A stretch of DNA of 64,000 bases from a virus (taxonomy: Duplodnaviria; Heunggongvirae; Uroviricota; Caudoviricetes). The translations under genes and the position numbers were made by a program. This document shows positions 44,197-54,023 of the stretch, in pieces. Location: positions 21,110-85,109 of IMG/VR virus record IMGVR_UViG_3300035659_001474; one strand, 5' to 3'. Numbering within the stretch: position 1 is the first letter of the stretch; the number at the start of each line of letters is the position of its first letter. The notes under the pieces were generated by a model. That model ran no database searches and had not been told where the DNA came from. It saw only the letters and a list, made by a program, of their open reading frames with translations.

Positions 44197-46133
44197 AAGT
44201 CAGCTTCGGGTATCACACTAATACCCATCGCACTGGCCTTTGAAAGCTTGTTACTATTCGGCCGACACGCAAGCAAGTAATTCAATTCCTTACCCACTCG
44301 CTTAATCTCTCCACCATTTGCTTGAACTAACTCATACCACTCTTCTCGCTTGTATGCTTTCTGCGTTGTCGGATTAATCTTCGTAATCGGTCCAGTCACT
44401 TGGAATGATTTACCTTGCAGTTTCGCAGATTGCAATGTAATCGCAGCAGGTTTCTTAATCTTAATCCCACAACTCATCAACTTCTCAATCAACGGTCGTC
44501 GTTGTTCCAATCCTTCAACAACATCCTTTGCTCTTGAAGGACCAATTCCAGAAATCTTAGCCAAATCAGCTTCAGTCACTTCTTCCATCAACGCATACAA
44601 ATCATACTCATCAGTGATCAACTCGGCCATAGTCTCACCAAGAGCAGGAATTGCAAGCGCACATAGAAGAGTAACGACGTCCATTTCTTTGCATCGTTCA
44701 AAACCTTCAACAATCTTCTTGGCTGATTTGTCTCCCGACCTATCAAGACTTGCAACTTTTTGCATTGACAAGGTATAGAAATCTGCAGGATCTTTCACCA
44801 AATCTCTTTCATACAACTGTCGAATTGTACTTTCTCCAATATCCGTCAAACTCATTCGCTTCTTCAAAACATCAACCCAATGGCGAAGCTTCCTGAATTC
44901 TTTTCCAACACAATTATCACTCTCACACACCAAATATGCACCATCAGGATCTTTCACCAACGGTCCTTTACATGACGGACAAACTGTCGGTGCTACGATT
45001 TTCTTTCCAACATGTTTGATCACTTGAGTCAGTTTGGGAATAATTTCTCCTGCCTTAATCACCAAAACAGTATCACCAATACCAACACCGAGTCGATTGA
45101 TTTCATCGATATTGTGCAGTGTCGCAGCCTTGACCATCGAACCATCAATATTTACAGGATCCAAAACTGCATTTGGTGAAACAACTCCTGTCCTACCAAC
45201 TTCCCAAATACAATCAAGCAAAGTAGTAGCAACTCCTCGAGGATCAAACTTGAAAGCAACCTGACCCTTAGGATCACCATTAGAATGGATGCCGAGCTCT
45301 TTCGAAGCTGAAATATTATTGATCTTCAGAACCAAACCATCAATATTATACTTCAACTTTGCTCGATCTGAATCTGCATACTGTTGGCGAATCTTGACGA
45401 CTTCTGCTGGTGTAACCAATTTGTAATTGGTCGTCACTAATCCCAACACATTCGACAGATAGTCAAGTTTTTCAGTCTCATAAGAAAACGTGATGTCAGG
45501 TGAAACAATGTCATAAAGAATCAAACTAACATACTCAATGTACTTACCATCGAATCGTTTGAGGATTCCATTTGCTGCATTGCGAGGATTCGAAAATGAT
45601 ACGCCAGGCAAACTAATGAGCTTTTCGAAGTCTGCATTGAGGATGATTGCTTCACCACGAAGACTTGCTGTAATTTTCTCAGGTATCGTCTGCTTGACGA
45701 ACTTCATTGACTTGGCATTAATAGTGACATCATCACCAACATGACCATCTCCTCGCGTTATACCTTGCACAAGTTGGCCATTGACGTAGTTTAATGCCAA
45801 TGATGCACCATCAAATTTGTCTTCAAGAACAATGACTTTACCTTGAATTCTACTTGACTGAACCCACTTGTCATATTCAGGAATAGTCATTGCATTTGCG
45901 AGAGATGCCATGGAGATTGAATGTTCAGCTTTTTGCCAACCATTCTCAGAATCTGGCGGCGCACCCGTCTTCTTCAATTCAGCATTTTCGGGATCAAGCT
46001 GTTTCAAACGCTCAAGAATTGCGTCATAAACTTGATCAGAAATTCGAGGTTCCTTGTTGTAATACAAATACCGATGAAGCCTGATTTCTGAAGTAAGCCT
46101 ATCGACCTCTGCTTTGACATTCTTCTTCATCAT
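44178..46133 (-). CDS. ligA: NAD-dependent DNA ligase
   Basis: The N-terminal Ia/adenylation region (RYLYY), the KxDG motif (EDKFDGASL), a Cys4 zinc finger (CPSCKGPL..CESDNC), HhH repeats and a BRCT-like C-terminus. Confidence 0.9.
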   Translation of the reverse strand: MMKKNVKAEVDRLTSEIRLHRYLYYNKEPRISDQVYDAILERLKQLDPENAELKKTGAPPDSENGWQKAEHSISMASLANAMTIPEYDKWVQSSRIQGKVIVLEDKFDGASLALNYVNGQLVQGITRGDGHVGDDVTINAKSMKFVKQTIPEKITASLRGEAIILNADFEKLISLPGVSFSNPRNAANGILKRFDGKYIEYVSLILYDIVSPDITFSYETEKLDYLSNVLGLVTTNYKLVTPAEVVKIRQQYADSDRAKLKYNIDGLVLKINNISASKELGIHSNGDPKGQVAFKFDPRGVATTLLDCIWEVGRTGVVSPNAVLDPVNIDGSMVKAATLHNIDEINRLGVGIGDTVLVIKAGEIIPKLTQVIKHVGKKIVAPTVCPSCKGPLVKDPDGAYLVCESDNCVGKEFRKLRHWVDVLKKRMSLTDIGESTIRQLYERDLVKDPADFYTLSMQKVASLDRSGDKSAKKIVEGFERCKEMDVVTLLCALAIPALGETMAELITDEYDLYALMEEVTEADLAKISGIGPSRAKDVVEGLEQRRPLIEKLMSCGIKIKKPAAITLQSAKLQGKSFQVTGPITKINPTTQKAYKREEWYELVQANGGEIKRVGKELNYLLACRPNSNKLSKASAMGISVIPEADFWKMME

Positions 46134-46236
46134 CTCTCCTTAGTTATTCCTTATACTATAATCACATAAAAAAGCATAGAATTGACAAAAGAAAAGCTGT
46201 AGACATAAAAATCTACAGCTTTCTTTATAGGCTAAA

Positions 46237-46683
46237 CTACTTTTTCTTTGACTTGATGCCATAAATAGTAGCAATAAGCGTTGAAATTGCGCCAAGTAGA
46301 CCAATTAAAACTTCAACTATTTTTACAACAACATCGAGGTTCTTACGATGTGACTCAGATTGAGATTGCAAATTCTCCATTATTATAGTCATTTTGTTTA
46401 TTGAAGCTTGTATCTCAGTCATGTCTTTATCATATTCATGTACTGTCACAAACTGATTTGTCACTGATAATGTAGATAACGGTGACAATGTAGTAGACCC
46501 AGAACCTCCACTCTTAAACAACTCATCAGGCGGTATTAACGGCATATACTGTAATTTGAAACCAGGCTGTTCAGTAGCAAGATGCTTAGCTCTAGAACTT
46601 CTAGCCAATAATGAATCTAACGGTGTTAATTGTGCACAGACTACAGAACTGCAAACTAAAACTGACAACAATGATAGTCTCAT
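46237..46683 (-). CDS. hypothetical protein with a signal peptide and a C-terminal TM anchor
   Basis: A hydrophobic N-terminus (LLSVLVCSSVVCA) and a C-terminal TM segment. Confidence 0.4.
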   Translation of the reverse strand: MRLSLLSVLVCSSVVCAQLTPLDSLLARSSRAKHLATEQPGFKLQYMPLIPPDELFKSGGSGSTTLSPLSTLSVTNQFVTVHEYDKDMTEIQASINKMTIIMENLQSQSESHRKNLDVVVKIVEVLIGLLGAISTLIATIYGIKSKKK

Positions 46684-47513
46684 GCGTCCTCCTCTTGCAA
46701 CTTTTTCATCAATGCTTTAGCATTCTCATTGGCATTATTATGACAATCAGTCCATGAACACCATTTACAATTATCACTAATTCTCTTTTCAAAGTTATTT
46801 GCTTCTATCGCATCAAACATCTTGTCAACTTTTTTCATCACAACATAATAATCTTCATCTGTAACCTTCACATCAACTATTCTATTCTCTTTCTTGGACG
46901 GATGCACAAACCTCACACAATCTTCAATCATATCAAATTGTCTGGCAATAGCCCAACTATAAAGTATAGCCTGCAATCTATATTTCTCTTCACTATGTTT
47001 TCCTGTCTTCCAATCTAATATATAGACTTTGCCATTTACTTCAATAAGTAAATCAATATATCCGTGAACATCAATCTCAAATCTACTATTATTATATGGT
47101 TGCTTAAATTCAATTTCTGATCCGATTGATTCATGCAACCAATCATTTGCTTTAGCCATCGCAACCCAATTTTTCAATAATGTGAAACCAGAACCTCTTG
47201 CATACTTCAATTCTAACTTTTCAGCTTTCTGAACTTTAACCTCTATATCAAAAAATCTCTGCCAATTCTGGAACAAATCATATACTCTGAACATCTTTTG
47301 CTTGTAAAATGAATCTAATAATTTATGAAATGCTTGACCAAGAACTAATGCTGTACTTGGTACTTGAAAAGTTGGGCGTTTAAGAATTTTGTCTTGCTTA
47401 AACGCCCATGGACATGTACAGAAGTAGTTAATCGTTGATGCAGATAAGTTAAAGTCAAGTTTTTTCAACATTCTTCCTAACTGTGTCAGACAGCCATTTA
47501 GTAGCCTTTTCAT
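46680..47513 (-). CDS. Cas4/RecB-like PD-(D/E)XK nuclease with a Cys cluster
   Basis: GYIDLLIEVNGKVYILDWKTGK (D..E.K), an N-terminal Cys and a C-terminal CKWCSWTDC. Confidence 0.6.
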   Translation of the reverse strand: MKRLLNGCLTQLGRMLKKLDFNLSASTINYFCTCPWAFKQDKILKRPTFQVPSTALVLGQAFHKLLDSFYKQKMFRVYDLFQNWQRFFDIEVKVQKAEKLELKYARGSGFTLLKNWVAMAKANDWLHESIGSEIEFKQPYNNSRFEIDVHGYIDLLIEVNGKVYILDWKTGKHSEEKYRLQAILYSWAIARQFDMIEDCVRFVHPSKKENRIVDVKVTDEDYYVVMKKVDKMFDAIEANNFEKRISDNCKWCSWTDCHNNANENAKALMKKLQEEDA

Positions 47514-48798
47514 GTTTCACAGCTGTTTCACTTGCACGATAATTCGTGTCTTTCTTCAAATTCTCAAGCACGCCCTTAATCTCTTCTTCACTCTTATTAA
47601 GAGTTTTTGCACGACCAACTACAAATTCCTCAACTTCTTCCTTAGATGCTGTGAAATTATTGATCTTACAAACATGATCCAAAAATATCTTCACTTCAAG
47701 AGACTTTTCAACTCGAGGTCTCTTCTGACCATAAAACACGTCTTTACCATTCTTATTCTTCTTCAAAAACTCTTCCTCAGTTGTACCCATACGATACAAC
47801 AACTGGTGCCATTCATTAGCAAGTTCCCACTCAATCATAGCTGTCGGTATCGGCTCAATCTTTGCCTTCAACACACATTGCGTCAATATGTCTGACTCGT
47901 AGTTCTCTTCATCAATACGTGCATAATCAGCTATAAGCTTATCATGAATTGATTGTCTAAATTCGTCTACAGTCTTGCCTTCATCAATAGCCAATTGTTC
48001 AAGAGTCTTTGGCAACTTTGAATTGATCTTGTTAATTTTCACTGTGAATACAGCATCTTTGTCTTGTAACTCTTTTGCATGATAATCTGTTGGGAATCTA
48101 GTAATGACCTTACCTTCTTCATTCAACTTGAACTTGATCATCTGTTCTTCAAACCCACTAATGAATTTAGTCTCACCGACTACAAACCTAAAATTCTTAG
48201 CAGTACCACCTGAAAAAGCTTTACCATCAACTTGACCTGAAAAATCTATTATCAAAACATCGCCAGTCTTAATCACATAATTTGCATCAGTGATATTCTC
48301 AAACAAAGCCTTTGAACTTTGTTGCGCCTTAATCTGATCTTCAATCATCTGCTCTGAAACCACTGTTACATTCTTAACAGCGCTAACTTCATTAATATCA
48401 AATTTCTCAACTGTCGGTTTCAAATATACTGTAGCTTGTATTGTCAATGGTATGTTGTCTTCAAAGGGACCGACAATTTCAAAATCAGAAGCATCGACAA
48501 CGTCAACTCCTAATTGTTCAACCGCCTTCTTATACAGAATATCAAACACTTCTGAATAAGATGTGTACTTATTGAAGTGAGGTTGTTTTTCAGCTACTTC
48601 ACGAGGTACATTACCTTTTCTGAAACCATTTGCTGAAATTGTTGGCTTGATCTTATCGTATGCAACATCAACTAACTTCTTGACTTCTTCAGGACTCTCG
48701 ACTAACCGAATCTTGTAAGGTGTTGCTTGTCTTTTCAATTTAGCTTCCATTTGCATCTCCTCCACAGAGAAATTTGAATTTAGCCGTCTTGTCAACAA
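47455..48798 (-). CDS. tig: trigger factor (ribosome-associated chaperone)
   Basis: An N-terminal ribosome-binding region with GFRKGNVP, the trigger-factor signature, a central PPIase-like region and a C-terminal arm. Confidence 0.7.
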   Translation of the reverse strand: MLTRRLNSNFSVEEMQMEAKLKRQATPYKIRLVESPEEVKKLVDVAYDKIKPTISANGFRKGNVPREVAEKQPHFNKYTSYSEVFDILYKKAVEQLGVDVVDASDFEIVGPFEDNIPLTIQATVYLKPTVEKFDINEVSAVKNVTVVSEQMIEDQIKAQQSSKALFENITDANYVIKTGDVLIIDFSGQVDGKAFSGGTAKNFRFVVGETKFISGFEEQMIKFKLNEEGKVITRFPTDYHAKELQDKDAVFTVKINKINSKLPKTLEQLAIDEGKTVDEFRQSIHDKLIADYARIDEENYESDILTQCVLKAKIEPIPTAMIEWELANEWHQLLYRMGTTEEEFLKKNKNGKDVFYGQKRPRVEKSLEVKIFLDHVCKINNFTASKEEVEEFVVGRAKTLNKSEEEIKGVLENLKKDTNYRASETAVKHEKATKWLSDTVRKNVEKT

Positions 48799-48891
48799 TA
48801 TCTTGTTTAGATTTGATCATTGTAGATTTAACTTTTTGGATATTAGCTTTTGATTGCAATTTATTTGCCATTGTCACTAATTCAGGAATAA

Positions 48892-49551
48892 TTACTCTCC
48901 TTTTCGGCATTTGCGCAATCTCAATACATTATGTTTGTATTTATATTTAATCGGAATCACACCTAATTTTACTAATTCCCTAGCAACGCCATCAATATAT
49001 CCATTTGCAATTACGACACCAACGATCGTCTTCCATTGCTTCAAAATCAATTTTAGTTTAAAGTCTAATAAATATTTTTCAATTTGCGAAATAACGCTAA
49101 ACCTTGCATGACTCTTTTTCACTTCAATCACGTATGTTGTCAAACCGTCTTTAGCTATTATGTCGACTTTTCCATACCTGGTTGGATGTTCTAAATTTGA
49201 AATAAAAAATTGATCAGTTGCGCCAAATAATTGTTTCAAACTATCAGATTCTTTGCAAATGATTTTGACCAAATCACTTTCAAGTGCTACTTGCTCGTCA
49301 TCTTTATTTGGCGCATCAACATTATCATCTTTGTAGTTGAAATTCTTAACTGTGAGGCCATTTTCAATCGCTGTCGACAGTTGTCGTAAATGATCCCATC
49401 GTTCGTCAACTTTCAAAACGTCAAAACTTTTTTCATCAATAGTAAACTCATCACGTAAAAACTCTAAATACATCTTGGCATCTTGACTATTACCAAGAAG
49501 TATGGCATTGTATAGACTGTAATAATAAACTTCTACATCGCCTGATGACAT
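48892..49551 (-). CDS. PD-(D/E)XK-like nuclease (NucS/EndoMS-like or Holliday-junction-resolvase-like)
   Basis: GKVDIIAKDGLTTYVIEVKK core. Confidence 0.35.
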   Translation of the reverse strand: MSSGDVEVYYYSLYNAILLGNSQDAKMYLEFLRDEFTIDEKSFDVLKVDERWDHLRQLSTAIENGLTVKNFNYKDDNVDAPNKDDEQVALESDLVKIICKESDSLKQLFGATDQFFISNLEHPTRYGKVDIIAKDGLTTYVIEVKKSHARFSVISQIEKYLLDFKLKLILKQWKTIVGVVIANGYIDGVARELVKLGVIPIKYKYKHNVLRLRKCRKGE

Positions 49552-49713
49552 TAGGCATCCGTGACTGATTCCACTATGCGAGAAAAATTCTTGATAACGT
49601 AATTTGCCACTTCATCTTCATCGATTTCTTCTTTGCGTTCTTCAACCATAAACAAAATAATTGCAGCAGCAACTATGTCACACACAAGCGCTTTATCAAA
49701 CAACTGTCCTTTA

Positions 49714-51132
49714 TCACTCATCTGTTGATGCCTCTCCTGTAATTTGTTTCATTATCTCATCATGCTCATTGTACTCTTCATCATATTCAATACTCATAAC
49801 ATCAAATTTTCTCTTCAAGAATAATGTAGGTCCTCGACCATCTCGATATTTAACAATATTCATTTTCAACCACTGTTGCTCGTCTGATATTATACCCAAC
49901 ATCACATCTGAATTCTGACCAAGTCTATCAGAACTTGCAGAATCCATGGCATCCATATCTTTACCTTGTAGATGTCTTTTATGTCCCTCACGATTAATCT
50001 GATTTGCAGTTATAACTGGTACATCTAATTTTCTACCTAACAATTTCAAGTCCCAAGATATTGCTCCGACAGGATCATCATCATCTTTATTAGGTTTCAT
50101 CAAATAGATTGGATCAACAAGTACTAAATGTATTTTCTTACCACTTGATTTCTCAAAACTATTAATCCTTGATTCAATGAAGTTAGCATTACACATTGAT
50201 GGTGCATCTAATATCATGTATACATTTTCACGTTTGCTTCGTTCTTCTTTGATTTTTTGTTCAATGTATATTAGTTCTTCATCAGTCAATAGATCTGCAT
50301 TTTTCATTTTGAAGTATGGGACTTTAGTCATTTTCGAGTATAGACGCCGTTTTTGTTGCATTATCGGCATCTCAATCGTCACATATAGTACATTGAATCC
50401 AGTTTCCCAAGCTGCATATCCAAAATTCAATAGTACGATTGATTTTCCTTGACCAGTGCGACCCATGACAGTGATTAAATCACCGCCCATCCAACCGCCA
50501 GTAGCCAAAGTAAGTGGTGGTATACCAGTTTCAACACCGCGATATTTATCTGGGTTGTCGTGTCTGTCTTTTATTTCAGCTATGTCGTCATCAATACTCA
50601 TGAACGCATCTTCTTCAATGATGCGTTCACGAGTGCTTTGATCATTTATCTTGTCAAGAGTGACTTCTAATCTGCGGACTAATGGAGCAGCACTTACATC
50701 TCTAGAGCCTTCTTTTATTGATTTGAGATCAGCTAGTACATTTTGTGTAGCATCGAATATTTGTCGTATGTGGAATAGATTTTTGATTTCGTCAATGATG
50801 GGTTCTAATTCTTGTTGGTCAAATTTCCTATTGATGATTTTTTCAAATAGTGCTTTTGCATCAGCTATCGATTGGTCTTTCTTGTACTTTTTGATTATTT
50901 TCTGAGTGACAAGATCAATAGTGAGTGCCGATGCATACGAATGATAATGCATCATTATAGCAGAGAATAACCAGCTTCTGAAGTCAGTAGTAAAGCATTC
51001 AGGTGATATACAGCTGTCAATAAGTTTTTCTATATTGCGAGCAGCAAATTGTGCGTCAATAGCTTCATGGTTAATGAGGCTCTTGAGTAATTTGTTTTCA
51101 CTAGCTATAGCTGTGAATATTTTTTCAGCCAA
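49714..51132 (-). CDS. dnaB: DnaB-like replicative DNA helicase
   Basis: GDLITVMGRTGQGKS Walker A and a RecA-like C-terminal domain typical of the DnaB/gp41 family. Confidence 0.8.
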   Translation of the reverse strand: MAEKIFTAIASENKLLKSLINHEAIDAQFAARNIEKLIDSCISPECFTTDFRSWLFSAIMMHYHSYASALTIDLVTQKIIKKYKKDQSIADAKALFEKIINRKFDQQELEPIIDEIKNLFHIRQIFDATQNVLADLKSIKEGSRDVSAAPLVRRLEVTLDKINDQSTRERIIEEDAFMSIDDDIAEIKDRHDNPDKYRGVETGIPPLTLATGGWMGGDLITVMGRTGQGKSIVLLNFGYAAWETGFNVLYVTIEMPIMQQKRRLYSKMTKVPYFKMKNADLLTDEELIYIEQKIKEERSKRENVYMILDAPSMCNANFIESRINSFEKSSGKKIHLVLVDPIYLMKPNKDDDDPVGAISWDLKLLGRKLDVPVITANQINREGHKRHLQGKDMDAMDSASSDRLGQNSDVMLGIISDEQQWLKMNIVKYRDGRGPTLFLKRKFDVMSIEYDEEYNEHDEIMKQITGEASTDE

Positions 51133-51865
51133 TTCGATGACCTTTTTTACCAGTGTGGCTTAGTTGTTGTAAGAGTACTTTTGATTGTTCTTGACGAATG
51201 TCTGATCCAATGAGTTTTATTTCTATTAAGTTTGATTTTAGTAGTGTGACAAGTGAATCATTGAAGATAGTTGATGATGAAGTGATGTCATGCATTGACG
51301 TAAGTATAGTGACCTTTTTTTGGTTACATCTAGTGACAAATAGTTTGTCTAAGAATTGTGTTGATTGACTTGATTGTACATGATAATCACGACCTATGTC
51401 ATCTACTACTAGAAAGTCTACATTTGTGACTATGTATTGGTATTTTAGTTTGAGATTGTAGTCTTTCCAGCCAGAAGTTATGAAGTCTACTAGATCAGTC
51501 ATCGATATGAAATAGGCTGTGAATTTTTGTCTTATGGCTTCAAGCAAGATCACTGTGGCAGCTGTTGTCTTTGCTAGACCATGCGTGCCAGATAAGAATA
51601 GACCAGTGCCGTTATTTCTAGCTTTTTCTAAATTCTTGTAGTATAGTATATAGTTTTCTATTGGCTCATCATTAGCTACATCATTACTCCAGATATCAAT
51701 GACATGATCAAAATTGAACGAATGATAGTTTGCGGGAATGTTAGCTAGTAGCAGATGTCGTTTGAATTCGTTATTTTCTTCTTTTATTGCATGTCGAAGA
51801 CCGTCAAATTCTGATAGTTCGAACATTCGAAAGTAATGGTCTAAGAAATGGCGCTTTTGGTTCAT
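51125..51865 (-). CDS. DnaC/IstB-like AAA+ helicase loader
   Basis: Walker A GTHGLAKTT, Walker B LVVDDIG and an ATGA overlap with dnaB. Confidence 0.6.
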   Translation of the reverse strand: MNQKRHFLDHYFRMFELSEFDGLRHAIKEENNEFKRHLLLANIPANYHSFNFDHVIDIWSNDVANDEPIENYILYYKNLEKARNNGTGLFLSGTHGLAKTTAATVILLEAIRQKFTAYFISMTDLVDFITSGWKDYNLKLKYQYIVTNVDFLVVDDIGRDYHVQSSQSTQFLDKLFVTRCNQKKVTILTSMHDITSSSTIFNDSLVTLLKSNLIEIKLIGSDIRQEQSKVLLQQLSHTGKKGHRIG

Positions 51866-51887
51866 ATTTCATACTATACTTTTTCAC

Positions 51888-52796
51888 TTAAGAATTTAAC
51901 CATTCATAATTACAGAATAATTCATCTTCTCTATTTTTAGTTCGTAGAATGTCAGCTCCTATTTTCCACATTCTTTTTAATTCGTCAACATTGTTGTTTG
52001 TTAGTAGTTTCTTGTAAACAGTATTGTCAAGAACACTGCCTATTGCAAGTTTTATAGAAAACCGTCTAGTACTTGATTGCTTACGTTTTTCTGTTTCTCG
52101 TAATTCAACTTCTTGGTCAATATACGGTTGATCTTTCAATTTCTTTAATTTGTTTTCTGCGATCCTGATGATGTATCTAAAGCCTCGTTGTCCGGCTATA
52201 TTAAGATTACCACTATATGTTTGACAAGCTTTAATTACAATGACTTTATCAAAATCAGATATTTCACGTAAAAATCTTGCAATTGTTCCAAATGTAAATC
52301 GCTTGTCTCTGTCAATACAGTGTCTTTGTACTAATTTGACAGTTTGAAATAGCAATTCTATTAAGAAACTGTCAGAACTAGTGAATACTTGTCGAATTTT
52401 TTGTTTTATGGCATCATCAGACATCTTTTTTTGTTTTTCTTGTACTACTTGTTCATTATCAAAAACAGTTAATGTAACATTTCTAAGTTGATTATTGAAT
52501 TGTTGTTGAGTCGACATCTCATTATCTTGTTGAATTTTTTTACTATTCAAAGTATACATTTTTTCATTTTGCCATTTTTTTTCAATAATAAGCTCAGAAT
52601 CAATAAGCTCTTTTAATGCAATCTTAGCAGCAATAACATTAACTCCCACTATTTTTCTAAACATTCTAGCATTATTAATATGAATGTCGTCTTTTGTTGT
52701 TCGAGCAAGATAAATAATTTTAAGTAACACTTTAACAGCATCACCACTTAATTCATTAATGTATTTTTCTAAAACAATTTTTTCAATATTAAACAT
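51888..52796 (-). CDS. hypothetical protein, possible replication initiation/organiser protein
   Basis: First gene downstream of the putative origin region and immediately upstream of the loader and helicase genes. Confidence 0.3.
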   Translation of the reverse strand: MFNIEKIVLEKYINELSGDAVKVLLKIIYLARTTKDDIHINNARMFRKIVGVNVIAAKIALKELIDSELIIEKKWQNEKMYTLNSKKIQQDNEMSTQQQFNNQLRNVTLTVFDNEQVVQEKQKKMSDDAIKQKIRQVFTSSDSFLIELLFQTVKLVQRHCIDRDKRFTFGTIARFLREISDFDKVIVIKACQTYSGNLNIAGQRGFRYIIRIAENKLKKLKDQPYIDQEVELRETEKRKQSSTRRFSIKLAIGSVLDNTVYKKLLTNNNVDELKRMWKIGADILRTKNREDELFCNYEWLNS

Positions 52797-53338
52797 TTCT
52801 TGCTATTTTCTTTCTATGCTTTGACAAATTAAAAACCCATATACTCTTTTTGATTACTAGCGGCTGCGCCGCGGAGCCAAACTATTCTGTGTCGCTTAGT
52901 TTTCTCTCTTTATGTTCTTAAACTTTTTAGAATCATCGTAAGATTGATTGATTTTGCATCTCAATCGATACGATTGTCTTAATTTATTTTCTGCAACTTT
53001 CACGTTATATCTAGATGAAGATAATTTAGATAGTTTAGGTTAATAACTACTATATTCGACGACCTTCAATAATAGTTTATATGTTAAAATTTATCATTGA
53101 TTTTACTTGGCTTATCAGACAATCATGTATTAACCAAGTAATACTTATCTAAATTTCTCATTCTTAGTTGTTCTCAATATTATAGAATATTCTGTAGATT
53201 GTGAATTGCAGTCTGATGACATGCAGAGCATTGCTCGAATCGCTCTATTGTCTTACAATATATTGAGTCAGATGGTGTCGTAAAACTCACTTTTCTTATA
53301 AGTCAAATAGAGTCAAATAGTATCTTAGCTCTATAGTA

Positions 53339-53562
53339 TACACGCGCGAGTGCGTTAGCGAAGTACATTTTTTTCACTTTCGCTGACAGACAGTTATGAA
53401 ACTTAAAAAATACCATTTTCAAGATTTGATTCAATCGTAAATCGAAAATGCTTACGCGCGATATAAATTAACGCGCGGGAATTTGGCGACATTGACAATT
53501 GCTTATTAACTCCACGAGATCAGAAAAATAAATCAAATTTCTTTACGCGCGATACGCGCGTT
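53339..53562. promoter_or_regulatory. cluster of ACGCGCG / TTACGCGCGATA motifs in a long non-coding region (candidate origin/iteron or regulator-binding array)
   Basis: Five CGCGCG cores within ~220 bp of an otherwise AT-rich spacer, plus the tandem repeat agtcaaatag×2 at 53303..53322. Confidence 0.35.
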
Positions 53563-53574
53563 CAAAAACTCGAC

Positions 53575-53604
53575 AATAAAAAAGACACTATTGCTAAGTG
53601 TCTT
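53575..53604 (-). terminator. rho-independent terminator (minus strand) after the upstream gene block
   Basis: The minus-strand reading is AAGACACT-tagcaat-AGTGTCTT followed by TTTTTTATT. Confidence 0.55.
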
Positions 53605-53629
53605 CTCTCTTCAATCAAATGCCAAACTA

Positions 53630-53986
53630 TTACTTGGCTTCAAGCTGATCTGCAGTAACTTCTCTAAGTCCATCATCACCTTCATCACGATACTTCTTAT
53701 CAATTCTCACTGTGATGAGTGCATCTTCTAATGGTGTTGATTTTGTAGTGTCAATAGCTTCAATTTTTCCAAACTCTTCAGGCCAACCCTCACTTTCATT
53801 TGGCTTTAGTCGAACATGTTGACCTTTTTTGAACTTCAACTTTTGTGATCTATCAGGTTTCGCAGTAATTTTTCTCTTACTCTTAGGATGACGCTTCAAA
53901 TATGCCTTTTGTTCACCCAATGACATCTTGTCCCATTTACGCGCTTCTTTCAAAAATTCCACTTGCACTTGAGCTAAATGTTCCAT
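53630..53986 (-). CDS. MKHLA-leader family small protein (real start MEHLAQVQVEFLKEARKWDKMSLGEQKAYLKRHPKSKRKITAKP)
   Basis: The ORF-track entry 53630..54037 starts at a TTG. The ATG at 53984-53986 is preceded by AGGAGGATGT and gives the canonical leader. Confidence 0.6.
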   Translation of the reverse strand: MEHLAQVQVEFLKEARKWDKMSLGEQKAYLKRHPKSKRKITAKPDRSQKLKFKKGQHVRLKPNESEGWPEEFGKIEAIDTTKSTPLEDALITVRIDKKYRDEGDDGLREVTADQLEAK

Positions 53987-54023
53987 ACATCCTCCTATAT
54001 AATTTGCTCTTTTTATCAAATCA

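Noticed and set aside
52863-52880. The GCGGC-tgc-GCCGC hairpin as a terminator
   Set aside because: It is not followed by a T-tract on either strand, and it lies within the 5' region of the spacer. It is more likely part of the GC-motif array than a terminator.
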